From an uncultured Flavobacteriaceae bacterium (GTDB lineage: Bacteria; Bacteroidota; Bacteroidia; Flavobacteriales; Flavobacteriaceae), in assembly GCA_963816375.1 (NCBI GenBank), contig CAWFKK010000005.1, forward strand, positions 7,345-71,344: 64,000 bases of DNA. Direction: 5' to 3'. Under the pieces are notes generated by a model. The model was not told the DNA's origin and did not search any database. It saw nothing but the letters and a program-made list of their open reading frames with translations. The position numbers were made by a program, and so were the translations under genes. Below, piece after piece: positions 62,002-64,000 of this stretch (position 1 is the first letter of the stretch; every line of letters begins with the position of its first letter).

Positions 62002-64000
62002 ATGGAAACTGTCGCTTCTCTATCTGCTAAAAGTGCAGGATTAACAAGTATATTTTACATTCTCTATATGCTCTTGCTTCAAAATGACACCAATTTCCAG
62101 GTGAATAGAAAGTTTCTTCTTGGCGGAATTCTTACCTCTCTCATTACTTCCCGGGATATATTTTACTAAAAAGGTCTTTGTTGAAGCTGTAGATTATAGT
62201 CAGTTTACAAACGTTGCAAATTCAAGTACTCCGGAAATAACAGAGCCAATAGTAGATGGTGGCAAATTACCGGAATACTTTATTTAATAGTTACTGGCTT
62301 TTTAATTCTTAAATTTTTATTTCAATTATCGCAGATCGTTTCTTTAATTATGACTAAAAAGTGTACTTCTATAGAAGGCTTTAATTATATTGAATCTGAA
62401 GACATTGAAGGGCCTTTCTCATTCTTCAATTATATAATTTACAATCCGAAGCTACATCCCTATAAAGAATTAGAGCTCATCTTACTGCACGAAAAAATTC
62501 ACGCAGCGCAACTACATTCTATAGATGTCATCATCAGCAATCTTGCTACTAATATTTTATGGTTCAATCCTCTGATGTGGTTATACAAGAAAAAGATCAT
62601 TCAGAATTTAGAATATATCGCAGATAGGGAAACCGTAAAATCTTCAAATTCTAAAAAAGAGTATTTACACGCCTTAGTAAAAGTTTCTACCAACGATTTC
62701 CAACCGGCACTTACCAATTCATTTTATCAATCATTCATCAAAAAAAGAATACTTATGTTACACAAAACCAAAAAAACGAACAGTTCCTGGAAAGTAGCCC
62801 TTGTCTTTCCGCTATTATTTGCATTTATGTTTGCCTTTAATGTAAAAACAGAAGCGAGTATTATTCCTTCCAATAATGTCACTATGCTCTTAATAATGAT
62901 TCGATAAACAAGTATTGGAATTCAGTTTTAATGAAAACACTACAAAAGACCAGCTAAAAGAATTTCAGGAAAAATTTAAAGAAAAAGGAATTAAACTGGA
63001 GTATCAGAACGTTGAATTTTCAAAAGACAAATTAAAAAGCATATCGATTTCTTATTCTTCTAAAGACGGAGATAAGAAAACTTTTAATTCTGAAAAAGAT
63101 ACCGATGGCAATCTTAAACCCTTTACTCTAATTGCAGTTTTTAATAAGAATAACGAACTGGAAACCATCAATTTTGCAGGGAGTGAAGAAGTATCCTGGA
63201 CAGGCTAAAAATGATGTAAAAGTCATTAAAACCGTGAAAAATTCTACCGATGAGAACGGAAATGTGATTCGCGAGGTAGAAACTACCGAAGTAAATGCAG
63301 TTGAACCGGTTTATGTAGTAGACGGGAAGGTAATAAAGGATGTAAAATGGGTTAAAAATTTAGATCCAAATAAGATTGCTTCTGTAAATGTGGTGAGAGG
63401 AGAATCTGCCACAACGGTTTATGGAACTTCCGGAAAAAATGGAGTAATAGAGATCATCACCAAAAAAGAAGGTGATACTGCAAAAGTCTCCAAGAACTAC
63501 CATTGCTTTTCAGCGAGATAATGATTTGAAGATTTATGATAACAATCAAAATGAGCGGGTTGTTAGTATCGATGAAAATTCTGAAAATAAACCTCTTTTT
63601 ATTGTAGATGGCAAAGAGCTGGAAGAAGGAACAGACAATATCTGCTATTCCTTCAGATAAAATAGCAGCGGTAATGATCTTTAAAGATAAAAAAGCCATC
63701 GAAAAATACGGTGAAAAAGGTAAAAATGGAGTTGTAGTAATTAGCACTAAAGATGCAAAAACTACTGCTAATAAAGCAGTTTCTATGTACAGGATTAATG
63801 CTGCCTTTAGCGATGCGCAATTAAAAGAGCTTAAGAAAATAGCTGAAAAAGAAACCGGATATGTGTTACTTCTTGAAAACGTGAAGAGAAATAGCAGAGG
63901 AAAAATCTCAAAAATCCAGGTGAAATTCTCTGGGAAAGGACATACTGTAAATGCGAATTTTGATGAGGCTAATGGAATTCCAGATATTATTTTTGGAATA
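62002..64000 (+). CDS. BlaR1/M56 metallopeptidase with C-terminal TonB-plug-like repeats (frameshifted; runs off the window)
   Basis: PFSFFNYI, HEKIH (HExxH), WFNP, EYIAD, IKKRILML; two P.Y/FVVDGK..IAS/AV.V....YG..GKNGV..I.TK repeats. Confidence 0.88.

Overview
An AT-rich chromosomal window from a marine Flavobacteriaceae (Bacteroidota). The Gillisia/Salegentibacter/Gramella-like placement is inference from gene content, TAnnTTTG promoters and the lack of obvious Shine-Dalgarno sites. Most of it is core genome: secA, grpE-dnaJ, ilvE, pyrF, prfA, purM-like, glutamine synthetase III, fused isobutyryl-CoA mutase icmF, meaB, ppk2, two ECF sigma/anti-sigma units, a GT2-LAB_N-ArnT lipid-modification operon and BlaI/BlaR1. 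Roughly 30 genes, including essential ones, are broken by single-base indels. I read these as sequencing errors, so joined gene coordinates are given. The accessory highlight is a curli amyloid operon (52.2-57.7 kb): a 10-repeat CsgA, CsgB, an apparent CsgH-CsgE fusion, CsgF, a CsgG fused to a beta-barrel, and an extra uncharacterised beta-propeller lipoprotein. Non-coding highlights are an unannotated ~85-nt sRNA candidate downstream of dnaJ whose unpaired core is antisense to AUG-AAA-AAG start regions, CGTC-type REP clusters with a nested palindrome, heptamer tandem arrays, and several operator-like palindromes. I saw no rRNA, tRNA, CRISPR array, transposase or prophage.
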